A DNA stretch of 64,000 bases from Candidatus Saliniplasma sp. (GCA_048622455.1 JBMCUO010000001.1:2437-66436), one strand, 5' to 3'. Counted from the first letter of the stretch, positions 30,480-39,377 are shown. Notes: a model not told the origin generated them from the sequence alone. Numbers and translations: made by a program.

Positions 30480-30788
30480 ATGAGAAAAATACCCGTATCA
30501 TTGATACTTCTAGGTTCTCTAATTGTTGGAGTGGGGCTAGTAGCGGTAGCCACGATGACAGGAGTTCTACCCATGAGAAACATATTAACAGGTTTCTATA
30601 CCTTTGTCTTCGGATTGGTCGTTATCTCCATATTGGCTATAATCGGTGCGGTGTTTTTCGGGATGTACATATCCCATAGGATATTCTCTACCCGCCAATT
30701 CACTACTTTTGAAGAAGAGATGCTCAAGATGAAAGATGATGTACAGGAGATCAAGAAAAAATTGGAAGAAAAAGACAAGAAAAACTAA
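30480..30788 (+). CDS. Hypothetical two-TM membrane protein with short coiled-coil tail
   Basis: Two hydrophobic helices; SD GGAGG in upstream gene. Confidence 0.7.
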   Translation: MRKIPVSLILLGSLIVGVGLVAVATMTGVLPMRNILTGFYTFVFGLVVISILAIIGAVFFGMYISHRIFSTRQFTTFEEEMLKMKDDVQEIKKKLEEKDKKN

Positions 30789-31777
30789 ACCAAAGATTCC
30801 GGACATATCTCCCGTCGGGAACAATTTCTGCATTTTCCTTTTCTATTATGGTTCCTGTGAACGTCCTCTGTTTGAAATATCTCCCTCATCTCTTCGAGCT
30901 TTTCTATTAACAGATCTTTCAACGAGTCGTCATATTCAACCTCGAACTCTTTTTCACCATACTTAACGATACCATATGGTGGTGCCTTACCAGTATCTTC
31001 TTCCATCAGTAAACAGTAAGCAGCGACCTGAAGTATATGTGAGAAAAAGGGTCCTTTGGGAACTCGGCCTGTTTTAATCTCCACTGGGATCCTTGTTTCG
31101 TTCTCCTTTACAACATAATCTGGTCTACCTCTTAATCGGTATTTATCAGAGGCGAACATCTTACTACTTTCTTCGTATAGATCAACGTAATCTACCTCTG
31201 CATCGGGCATGTGTAACTTTTCTTTTTTAGTTTTAACTTCTCTACCCAATGAAAGTGACCTTTTAAGCCAGTAGCTGGCCCCTATCAACCAGATCAAAGA
31301 GATAACTTGAGTTATCCTAGCTAGATAATCGTCCAATATAGGGAGTGTTATACTCATTATCCCTAAACCGGTAGCAACCATGGCAAAAACAAGTATCACA
31401 CGTTCAGACTTGAATTCATCCTCCTTGATAACACCCTTCTCACTCATAAAGAGTAAAAAAGTAGCCGCTAAAAGCCATATCAAAGCGTTCACTTGGAATA
31501 TCTGACTGAATATTTTTTCTGGTCTGATCAAAGTCAATCCAGCTATAGATAGAAAAGTTGCTGAAACAGCTAACCACAAGATGAGGTTTTCAATCCTCTT
31601 TGTAGCCTCCTCTTTTTCTTTGACCTCATCTATCTCTCCAGTTATTTTTTTATGTTCTTCCCTGCCCTCTTTTAGACTTTCGTTTATAACTTCCTTCTCA
31701 GACTCGTTCAACCACCAACTAAGAGGACAGTATCCATATTTTTCAACATCACTGGCCGATATCCAAGGTTCTCCCAT
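30785..31777 (-). CDS. cas4: Solo Cas4-family (PD-(D/E)xK, Fe-S) nuclease with four inserted TM helices
   Basis: SASDVEKYGYCP; GRPD; VEIKT; QVAAY; CRNCxxxxxC; hydrophobic insert at about aa 63-172. Confidence 0.8.
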   Translation of the reverse strand: MGEPWISASDVEKYGYCPLSWWLNESEKEVINESLKEGREEHKKITGEIDEVKEKEEATKRIENLILWLAVSATFLSIAGLTLIRPEKIFSQIFQVNALIWLLAATFLLFMSEKGVIKEDEFKSERVILVFAMVATGLGIMSITLPILDDYLARITQVISLIWLIGASYWLKRSLSLGREVKTKKEKLHMPDAEVDYVDLYEESSKMFASDKYRLRGRPDYVVKENETRIPVEIKTGRVPKGPFFSHILQVAAYCLLMEEDTGKAPPYGIVKYGEKEFEVEYDDSLKDLLIEKLEEMREIFQTEDVHRNHNRKGKCRNCSRREICPESLV

Positions 31778-31823
31778 GACATTTTTATATCTGATAGATT
31801 AAGTTAAATAGTTTTTGGTTATT

Positions 31824-32807
31824 TTAGAACATTTTTTGTATGTTTGAAGGTGAAAATACTCCTTTTTCGGTGATAAAACCAGTTATGTATTTTGATGGAG
31901 TAACGTCGAAGGCGGGGTTGCGTGCTGTTGAACCTTTTGGAATGATCTTGTTATCGTTTATATGGGAAACCTCTTCTTGATTTCTTTCCTCTATAGGTAT
32001 ATACCTTCCGTGTTGGATATCTTTATCGAAGGTGGTAACAGGAGCTGCAACATAGAATGGTATATCGTTCTCTTTAGCTACAACCGCTTTCTCATAGGTA
32101 CCTATCTTATTGGCGATATCTCCGTTAGCGACTATCCTATCTGTTCCTACGATAACCATATCGATATCACCTCTCTGCATGTAATGTCCGGCTGCATTGT
32201 CTACGATGACCGCATGTGAAATATCTTCGTTGTACAATTCCCATGCTGTGAGTCTAGCTCCCTGTAACCTTGGCCGGGTTTCATCAGCGTAAACAAAGAT
32301 ATCTTTTTCCTTAGCTGCTCTTATGGGCGCCAAAGCGGTACCGTAATCCACCGTAGCTAGGGCACCAGCGTTGCAGTGTGTTAGTATATTGTCTCCCCGG
32401 TTGATCAGCTCATTTCCATGCTGTCCTATAGACCTACATTTATCTACAACCGAGTCGACATATTTTTCTGCAGTTTTTATAGGGTCGTTCCCTGGATGTT
32501 TTAACATATAATCCACAGCGTAGAACAGGTCATAAGCCGTAGGTCTCGCTGACTTGATGATTTCAGCCGCTGATTCGGTTTGACCTTTTTCCAAAGCCTG
32601 CGCCATCCCGTAGGCCGCCGTAGCTCCTATCGCAGGTGCGCCGCGAACCATCATCTCCTTGATGGACCTTTTTATATCTTTGTGATCCTCAGCTTCGAAA
32701 TACCTCAACTCATGGGGCAGATATCTCTGATCTATCATCTTGACTAAGTTTCCATCCATCCAAACAGCCCTCATATCTTCGATCCCATCTTTTGTTTTAA
32801 CTTTCAT
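31824..32807 (-). CDS. mtnA: S-methyl-5-thioribose-1-phosphate isomerase
   Basis: MVRGAPAIG, ARPTA, THCNAGALAT, DETRPRLQGARLTAWEL, NKIGTY, NPAFDVTP. Confidence 0.9.
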   Translation of the reverse strand: MKVKTKDGIEDMRAVWMDGNLVKMIDQRYLPHELRYFEAEDHKDIKRSIKEMMVRGAPAIGATAAYGMAQALEKGQTESAAEIIKSARPTAYDLFYAVDYMLKHPGNDPIKTAEKYVDSVVDKCRSIGQHGNELINRGDNILTHCNAGALATVDYGTALAPIRAAKEKDIFVYADETRPRLQGARLTAWELYNEDISHAVIVDNAAGHYMQRGDIDMVIVGTDRIVANGDIANKIGTYEKAVVAKENDIPFYVAAPVTTFDKDIQHGRYIPIEERNQEEVSHINDNKIIPKGSTARNPAFDVTPSKYITGFITEKGVFSPSNIQKMF

Positions 32808-33559
32808 ATCTTCACCTCTTCGTAGGCTTCTAAAAGTTTAGGAACAGTTTTCATGTCTTGGAGTTCTTTTTCTTTTACCCATCTATACTCTATATTCTCC
32901 CAGTTAAGAACGGGATCGTTTTTAGTTTTGAATAGATAAGGGTGTACTTCCCATATCTTGTTCTCTCCTCTGGCAAGAACAACGTCCCCCTTTCTTATAA
33001 ATTCCACATCCATCCTGGTCTCCTCTCTGATCTCATTGACAGCCTGTTCTAACGGGTCTTTACTTTCCAGATATCCCGAGATCCCTGACCACCTTCCCTG
33101 AAAACTGCCTACCTGGTCTCCTCTCTTAACGACTAAAATTTTTCCTTCCCTAACGATGAAACTGGTCACCACGGGAGTGGATGTGATGTCGGGAAGTTCT
33201 AATTCCCCTGTTTTTCCGTTCAAGATGACCCTATCTTCGTTTTTTAGTAGTCCGATATCTATCTTGTCTATTAAAGGTATATCCGAGATGATAGCACCCG
33301 CCGCTACGATAGTTTCGGTCTCCTCATTCACTATAGCTCTAGGTGCACATCCATTCTTTTTTAGCTGATATATAACGTATGAACCAACCGTACTTCCTTT
33401 TCCCCTTGGAAATACGAATATAGAATCTGAGATATTGAATTTTTGAAATACAGTGCCAGAATCTGGATCCACGTCGCCCAGGAAAGACACCGGTTCTCGA
33501 ACTTTTACCACGTTTCCTTCTGCAGTTCCAGGTGACACTCCCCTTCCTTTCATGATCAA
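32804..33559 (-). CDS. Aconitase X small (DUF126 swivel) subunit, probable phosphomevalonate dehydratase small subunit, fused to NUDIX hydrolase
   Basis: N-half SFLGDVDPDSG, GKGSTVGS; C-half SGYLE...EIREET Nudix-box variant. Confidence 0.8.
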   Translation of the reverse strand: MIMKGRGVSPGTAEGNVVKVREPVSFLGDVDPDSGTVFQKFNISDSIFVFPRGKGSTVGSYVIYQLKKNGCAPRAIVNEETETIVAAGAIISDIPLIDKIDIGLLKNEDRVILNGKTGELELPDITSTPVVTSFIVREGKILVVKRGDQVGSFQGRWSGISGYLESKDPLEQAVNEIREETRMDVEFIRKGDVVLARGENKIWEVHPYLFKTKNDPVLNWENIEYRWVKEKELQDMKTVPKLLEAYEEVKI

Positions 33560-34713
33560 GATATCATCTCCATCAGCGTATCTAAATCGGCGTATATGAC
33601 TTTCTGATGAGCGAGTTTAGGTAGGTAAGCAGCGGCTTTACCCGAGTTGGTGGCAGCGGTACCGTACCGGTTCTCTAAGGGGCTGACCACCATGCAGGTA
33701 TCAGTGATGACTTTACCTCCTTTATCCTGTATGACCTCGACTGCTCTTGGATTATCTTCTTTTACCCTCCTGCTGGTGTATATGAATAATTCTGGCCTAT
33801 GTTTTATACATTTATTCTTTAGTAACGTTGCGATGTGGTTCAATTCTTTTGAAGAGAGATGAGGACATCCTAAAACTATAACGTCTGGATCGTTCTCTTC
33901 GGTAAGCTGTAGTCTTATCTCTTCTATGTCTTCTTTTGTAACAGTGAAGGTTTCTAGATCTCCGACTGCGAAATCATCATATTCGGGAGTGATACCTTCT
34001 ACGTGATAAAGTGCCACCGCCCCGGTAGCAGCCATTGCGGCACCTAGTGATTTAAGTTCGTCCTCATCAGGTGAAATACCTCTAAAATACGGGATTTCAT
34101 TGCCAACCTCGTTTCCTACCAGGTATCCCAGTAAAGCAGCAGGTACGTCATCCCCTATATCATAAACCACATCCGGTGACCTGTTCTCTTTGATGTGTAG
34201 ACCATAGTAAGGCGTTTTACCGATGACAGCTGCCATGAGTGCTGATGGACCGCCTTCTCTGTTGGTCCGGGCACCCAGTACCGAGTTGGCAAAAGATACA
34301 GCTGAACTTTCACTCCAGGCCAGATGTGTATCCTTTCCTGGTCTGTTTCCCGCAAGGTACGGTGTACACGTACATGACGGTTCAATACCCATACTCCTAT
34401 AGGCCTCGATCAACTTCAGCTGCTGTTTTCTGAAGTTCTTACTTTCAATACCCTTCTCATCCAGATCCATTCCAGCGGGGTTCATCAGTGTTCGAACTTT
34501 AACTTCTGCGATATTAGAAAAATCTTCTACAAATTCTAACCCTGCATCTCCCATCGTTTTGTAAGAAACCCCTGCAACCTGTGCAGACTCGATAGGTATG
34601 AGCTTTTCAGCGTCGTATATCTTACCTATCGCTACGAGTAACTTCATCGCTTTTTCAGGCCCAGGTCCTTGTTCACCTTCTAAGATACCTTCTTCTTCCT
34701 TTGTCAGATACAA
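33556..34713 (-). CDS. Aconitase X large subunit (DUF521), probable phosphomevalonate dehydratase large subunit
   Basis: MYLTKEEE, GVSYKT, NPAGMD, TCTPY, WSESSA, GARTNREGG, GCPH, DTCMVV, TNSGKAA. Confidence 0.85.
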   Translation of the reverse strand: MYLTKEEEGILEGEQGPGPEKAMKLLVAIGKIYDAEKLIPIESAQVAGVSYKTMGDAGLEFVEDFSNIAEVKVRTLMNPAGMDLDEKGIESKNFRKQQLKLIEAYRSMGIEPSCTCTPYLAGNRPGKDTHLAWSESSAVSFANSVLGARTNREGGPSALMAAVIGKTPYYGLHIKENRSPDVVYDIGDDVPAALLGYLVGNEVGNEIPYFRGISPDEDELKSLGAAMAATGAVALYHVEGITPEYDDFAVGDLETFTVTKEDIEEIRLQLTEENDPDVIVLGCPHLSSKELNHIATLLKNKCIKHRPELFIYTSRRVKEDNPRAVEVIQDKGGKVITDTCMVVSPLENRYGTAATNSGKAAAYLPKLAHQKVIYADLDTLMEMIS

Positions 34714-34751
34714 ATTATCATGCGGAATAATGTAGTGAAGTTGATTATACT

Positions 34752-34979
34752 TTACGGTGTTTTTTTCAACTTGAAGATCCTAGTTACAACCAGGTAAATA
34801 ACAAGGGCTAATGCGGCTCCGTACATCCAATAAAAAAAGTATCCGATCATGGTTCCTACTAACCACATCATGTACACTTTATTATCGAAACCCTGTTTTT
34901 TGATATCCCACTTCACGAAGAGTAAAGCAAGGAACAATACAGCCATATCGACGAGCAGGGCAGTAACACCTTCAAGCAT
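34752..34979 (-). CDS. Small hypothetical membrane protein
   Basis: Hydrophobic 75-aa ORF overlapping the marR stop. Confidence 0.6.
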   Translation of the reverse strand: MLEGVTALLVDMAVLFLALLFVKWDIKKQGFDNKVYMMWLVGTMIGYFFYWMYGAALALVIYLVVTRIFKLKKTP

Positions 34980-35406
34980 CTAAATTCTCCAGTATCCTTT
35001 CGAGATATTTCCTTAATCTCCTTTTTTCATCTTCATCGAATCCTTCCAACATCTTGTCCTCAGCTTTTTCATCGAGTTCCTTCATCAACTCTTCGACCTC
35101 GTTCTTTTTATCTGTTAAATATATCCTCTTAGCACGTCCGTCCCTCTTATCCTTCTCTCTCTTTAAATAACCCTTCTTGACCAAACTTTGAATGATCTTG
35201 GATGTCGTGGATTTTGAAACGTAAAGCATCCCACATATCTCTTTTTGAGTGATCCCATCTCCCTTTTTGATCAATTTGAATAGTAATGGAAACTCACCCC
35301 GGTTAAAATCGTAAGGGTCCAGCTCCTGCTTTATGAACTTGATCAGCCTTTTGTGAACTACCTGATGTAAATTATGTATCGAGTCTTCATCTGAATATTC
35401 TACCAT
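34972..35406 (-). CDS. MarR family transcriptional regulator
   Basis: ITQKEI, KSTTSKII, DxRDGRAKRIYLT. Confidence 0.9.
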   Translation of the reverse strand: MVEYSDEDSIHNLHQVVHKRLIKFIKQELDPYDFNRGEFPLLFKLIKKGDGITQKEICGMLYVSKSTTSKIIQSLVKKGYLKREKDKRDGRAKRIYLTDKKNEVEELMKELDEKAEDKMLEGFDEDEKRRLRKYLERILENLDA

Positions 35407-35416
35407 ATATTCTCAC

Positions 35417-36985
35417 CTATTTTTTAAGTTGATCACTTTGTACTTTTTTATCCCTAGATACTGTCGTTTTGGAAACGGATTCGTCATGTATTACCTTTTC
35501 TTTCCACCAACCCCTGGAATAGAAAGTGAACGCTAAGGCTGCAGCTGCTACGTTGCTGATGGCCATACCTATCCACACACCTGTATCGGCCATACCGAGG
35601 TATATACCAAGGAGGAAAACGAAAATTAATCTAAAAGCCCATATCCTGGTGAGGTCGAGTATCATCTTTTGCACCGTATGTCCAGACCCGCCAAAGATAT
35701 CAGTAATCCCCCTGAATATTCCAAAGAAGGGCATGGATAACGAGAATAAAAGAAGGAATTCAGCACCAGAGCTGATAACTTCGGGTTGGTTTGGGACTAT
35801 GAAACCGAGTAAGATATTTCGGGTAAAGAAGATGGTTATTGCGATGATAGACATCAATACAGCTAACCCTGTTAGTCCAGTTTTAGCAACTTTTTCAGTC
35901 CTTTCTACTAAGTCTGCTCCCAACCCCTGTCCCACCATAATCGCCATAGCCATACTCACACCGCCTGTGATTAAGAACGTTATATTTAGTATCCGGCTCC
36001 CTGCCCCGTAAGCTGCTCCTGCGACCTTGGGATTTGGTAGCCTATAAACTACTGCCCAGAGTATCAAAAATCCCATTGCACTAAAAAATCTACCTGCAGA
36101 GGCAGGAAGACCCACTTTGATGAACTGCGTGATCTTTGTTATATCTGGGATTAGGTATGAAAGTTTAATTTTGATGCCAAGTTTTCCTGAGAATATGAGA
36201 TAAATCGAATAGATCGTTCCTAAAGCTCTAGTTCCTATGGTAGCGTAAGCTGCACCTTTTATACCTAATTTAGGTATGGAATAGCCAAAGAAAGTAGGTA
36301 CAGTGAAGCTTAACGGACCTAAACTTACGGCAGCGCCAGAGCCAAATATAAGGATTGGGTCCAAGATCATATTTAAAGTTGCCGTGACTGCAACTATCTT
36401 CATAGGAGTGATATTATCCCCCCATCCCCTCAATATGAACATGAATGCAAAGAAAAGGAACATGGCGGGTATCCCCATGAATATGATCTGTAAATATGCA
36501 GTCCCGTATTCAGCTAAACCAGCGGCATCAGCTCCTGTTCCGGTTAGAAGGTCTAATAGATAAGGACTTGTGAAATACCCTACTGCCCCTAAGATTATCG
36601 ATAATACTATAATTAGGAAGTAAAGCTGGCCGGCATACTCTGACGCTTTATCGAACTTTTTTGCTCCAGTGTACTGAGATATTAGGGCGATTGTTGCGAT
36701 ACCCATACCGATCTCAACCGACATTATGATAAAAATAACGGACCAAGCCTGGCTTGCTGCAGCTACCGAGTAAGCTGCCTCATCACCGGGTAATCTACCC
36801 AGCCATATAGTATCCACTAAATTGTAAAGGGTCCGCAAAAAAGTTGCTACCATTATCGGCCAACCCAGCTTGAACATCACCGCGATTATATTTCCTTCAA
36901 GTATCTCGTCCTTTCTAGGTCTACCCATCTTTCTTTTTAGGGTGTCGTAAATGTTCCTGAATATCGAAGTTGTTCCGTCAGGCAT
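35417..36985 (-). CDS. MATE efflux transporter
   Basis: YNLVDTIWLG, LDPILIFG, GIKGAAYAT; about 12 TM. Confidence 0.9.
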   Translation of the reverse strand: MPDGTTSIFRNIYDTLKRKMGRPRKDEILEGNIIAVMFKLGWPIMVATFLRTLYNLVDTIWLGRLPGDEAAYSVAAASQAWSVIFIIMSVEIGMGIATIALISQYTGAKKFDKASEYAGQLYFLIIVLSIILGAVGYFTSPYLLDLLTGTGADAAGLAEYGTAYLQIIFMGIPAMFLFFAFMFILRGWGDNITPMKIVAVTATLNMILDPILIFGSGAAVSLGPLSFTVPTFFGYSIPKLGIKGAAYATIGTRALGTIYSIYLIFSGKLGIKIKLSYLIPDITKITQFIKVGLPASAGRFFSAMGFLILWAVVYRLPNPKVAGAAYGAGSRILNITFLITGGVSMAMAIMVGQGLGADLVERTEKVAKTGLTGLAVLMSIIAITIFFTRNILLGFIVPNQPEVISSGAEFLLLFSLSMPFFGIFRGITDIFGGSGHTVQKMILDLTRIWAFRLIFVFLLGIYLGMADTGVWIGMAISNVAAAALAFTFYSRGWWKEKVIHDESVSKTTVSRDKKVQSDQLKK

Positions 36986-36986
36986 C

Positions 36987-37016
36987 GATAGTTTCGGATA
37001 AAACCATCTTATATAA
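36987..37016 (-). promoter_or_regulatory. TATA box plus palindromic operator of the MATE-marR operon
   Basis: TTATATAA at 37009-37016, 24-31 bp upstream of the ATG; GATAGTTT-N6-AAACCATC palindrome (1 mismatch) at 36987-37008. Confidence 0.65.
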
Positions 37017-37140
37017 TAGTTTCCCTCAAAACTAAAATTGGGATAAGTTTTATTCGTAAATAGTAAAAATAAAAAATAGGGAAAATTGTTTACTTAAGTT
37101 TAGTTAAAATAAGTACGTGATAAAACATGTACTAACTAAC

Positions 37141-37335
37141 TTAATCGATCTTTTTGACGTTAACAGCCCTAGGACCTCTATCACTCTGTTCAGTATCGAA
37201 TTTAACTCTGTCGCCTTCGCTCAAATAGTTATCTTCTAAATCACTGCTATGAACAAACAGGTCTTCATCACCTTCATCAGGTTTAATGAATCCAAAATTT
37301 TTCATGGTATTATAGAACTTAACTTCTCCTTCCAT
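37141..37335 (-). CDS. Cold-shock domain protein
   Basis: GEVKFYN, FGFI (RNP1), LFVHSS (RNP2), GPRAVNV; SD GGAGGTGA. Confidence 0.95.
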   Translation of the reverse strand: MEGEVKFYNTMKNFGFIKPDEGDEDLFVHSSDLEDNYLSEGDRVKFDTEQSDRGPRAVNVKKID

Positions 37336-37420
37336 ATCTAGTTCACCTCCTACATTATCATATCGTAGCTAAGACTTACACTGCTATCATATATAGTTAT
37401 GGGTGCATGTATGGACTATT

Positions 37421-37972
37421 TCATTTATATTCCTGACATGTAGGACAGTACCATCGGTTGTATTCGTAATTCATCTTAGTTCCACAGTCCGGACAGAATC
37501 TTTCCTCCTGTTTTGTAGATCGTACTCCCTGTATCGAAGATTGTTTTGAGTAAGAAGGTGGTGGTACGTCATTCCCCTTTCCTTCAAATTCTTCTTTTGA
37601 CATGTATATCAGCACCAGAGCTATCAAAGAAATTAAACTTGCAAGAAATAATGGACCAAACGAAAATATTCCTGCTATCGATGCACCTAAAGCAAACCTC
37701 CAATGGATTCGCTTTATGGCTAAGATCCCACCAATCAACAAAACTATACCCAAGATCAAAAAGACCGCACCACAAACGTTCATGATAGTTTGTATAATAG
37801 ATTCGAGTCCCTGGACTTCCCCATCTTGGATCTCATCTTCTATATTCAATGTGTTTATATCCAATAGTAAAATCTGGGCAGCACTTGCTATAGCCAGTAT
37901 ACAAGCGATAATCATCAATATCCCAGCGACCAAAGGTTTTTTGCTTTCATCTCTTTGATGATAAGTCCTCAA
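37421..37972 (-). CDS. Membrane protein with C-terminal zinc ribbon
   Basis: Three to four TMs, then CPDC...CPTC; TTG start with GAGGAG upstream. Confidence 0.7.
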   Translation of the reverse strand: MRTYHQRDESKKPLVAGILMIIACILAIASAAQILLLDINTLNIEDEIQDGEVQGLESIIQTIMNVCGAVFLILGIVLLIGGILAIKRIHWRFALGASIAGIFSFGPLFLASLISLIALVLIYMSKEEFEGKGNDVPPPSYSKQSSIQGVRSTKQEERFCPDCGTKMNYEYNRWYCPTCQEYK

Positions 37973-38043
37973 GTCTATCTCCTCTTACCGCTAACTTTTA
38001 TGTATTCTATACATATATAATTTTCGTAAAAATCAATAGAAGA

Positions 38044-38116
38044 TGCCGCAGGCCGGACTTGAACCGGCGACATTCGCATCTTCAGTGCGACACTCTCCCA
38101 ACTGAGTTACTGCGGC
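38044..38116 (-). tRNA. tRNA-Phe(GAA)
   Basis: Reverse complement: GCCGCAG...TCGCA-CT-GAA-GA-TGCGA...GCCGG-TTCAAGT-CCGGC-CTGCGGC-A. Confidence 0.95.
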
Positions 38117-38162
38117 TCAGTTGAGGACATATACTCATCAGATTTTAATCTTACGCTTGAAT

Positions 38163-38429
38163 TTAACGAATAATTTCAGTAAAATGATCTCCTAGGCCTA
38201 TAGAGGAAAGAAGGTCTCTCAGCGATAGCACCTGTATTTCACTGCACAGTTCTCTGATATGATCCTCTTTCATACCAGCTTTTTCGAGTTCTCTTCTGAG
38301 ATACTTCTCTTTTCTTTTTACTTTTCTTTTATATTTTAAGTAAACTAACAACAGTTTTAGAAACAGGGGGAGGATTAGAGCTATTACACGTATGACCTTG
38401 ACCGGTGCTCTATCCTCCTTTTCCTTCAT
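38163..38429 (-). CDS. Hypothetical membrane-associated protein
   Basis: Hydrophobic helix, basic stretch, LEKAGM motif; third gene of operon. Confidence 0.7.
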   Translation of the reverse strand: MKEKEDRAPVKVIRVIALILPLFLKLLLVYLKYKRKVKRKEKYLRRELEKAGMKEDHIRELCSEIQVLSLRDLLSSIGLGDHFTEIIR

Positions 38430-38798
38430 CTAATCCCAATCCTCTTCATCCATCTTCTTTTTCATCTTCTCTTCTATCTTCTTCTTGATATCTTCCCCGA
38501 AATCCTCGTTCATCTCCCCGCCGCTCATTAAACCAGAGCTTCCAAGAGCTTCTCTCACGAGGCTCGTTACGTCTCTACCTTTCATGAAATCCCTTGTTAG
38601 CTGATAAGCTTGGTCCTTCTCCATACCTGCATCGACAAGTTCTTTGTAGAAATTGGCCGTGTTCTTGGCTAACTCCTTGCTGTTCTCAGCATTGTAGACC
38701 GCTTCAACTATCCCTGATATCAAGGAGGGGACCGTTTCATTCAGGGTTTCCATCACGCCTTTCAACTCTTTTATATCTTCCATATCATCTATATCCAT
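38430..38798 (-). CDS. Hypothetical helical protein
   Basis: VPSLISGI...FYKELVDAGM; AGGTG precedes ATG 38798. Confidence 0.75.
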   Translation of the reverse strand: MDIDDMEDIKELKGVMETLNETVPSLISGIVEAVYNAENSKELAKNTANFYKELVDAGMEKDQAYQLTRDFMKGRDVTSLVREALGSSGLMSGGEMNEDFGEDIKKKIEEKMKKKMDEEDWD

Positions 38799-38831
38799 CT
38801 TTAACACCTATATACTATAAGGGTGACCAAA

Positions 38832-39284
38832 CTATTTCTTGATACCGAGCAATTCTGCCCACTTTTCGATGATCTTATCGGTAAGGGTGTAATTTTTCCC
38901 CGTACCACTTTCTACCCTTTTCACTACATTTTTTTCTTCGAGTTTTTTGAGCCTGTCTCTGACTGTGTGTCTGGAAGCGGATCCCTTCTTGTGTCTCATC
39001 CTCTCTGTAATCTGAGTGATATTAGCGCTTTTGGTGTCGAGAAGTATCTCGACTATATTCTCGGAAATCGGGTCTTTGATATCGGGCAGTACTGATGGAG
39101 ATATCTTACCATATCGCTTATAAAGGGAGAGCATATTGAGGTATCTTTTTTCGATATCTGAATCCATGGAGACTTTTTGTAAAACATTCTTGTGCATATC
39201 CATCAGATTCTTAAGCATACCTTGCATGGTATCTACCTGTTTTTTGAGTGACTCGATTTCCTTTTTTAATTCCTCTTCTCCCAT
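38832..39284 (-). CDS. Winged-helix regulator with N-terminal coiled coil
   Basis: NITQITE...ASRHTVRDRLKKLEEKNVV wHTH pattern. Confidence 0.75.
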   Translation of the reverse strand: MGEEELKKEIESLKKQVDTMQGMLKNLMDMHKNVLQKVSMDSDIEKRYLNMLSLYKRYGKISPSVLPDIKDPISENIVEILLDTKSANITQITERMRHKKGSASRHTVRDRLKKLEEKNVVKRVESGTGKNYTLTDKIIEKWAELLGIKK

Positions 39285-39312
39285 GGGGGTGTATTTTTTA
39301 TATGTATAATAT

Positions 39313-39348
39313 AAGTTTGGTTAAAAGTTTGGTTAACAAAATGGTTAA
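39313..39348. repeat. Three tandem 12-bp direct repeats in a divergent promoter region (putative operator)
   Basis: AAGTTTGGTTAA / AAGTTTGGTTAA / CAAAATGGTTAA. Confidence 0.8.
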
Positions 39349-39377
39349 GTAATATAAGGACATAACCGTTAAACGAT

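Noticed and set aside
30785..31777. CRISPR-Cas system suggested by cas4
   Set aside because: No repeat-spacer array and no cas1/cas2/effector genes seen in the window.
38163..38798. Amber (pyrrolysine) readthrough fusion: TAG immediately followed in frame by ATG
   Set aside because: A purine-rich SD-like stretch precedes the ATG and no pyl genes are visible; translational coupling is simpler.
38044..39284. Integrated element at tRNA-Phe
   Set aside because: No integrase and no duplicated tRNA end found.
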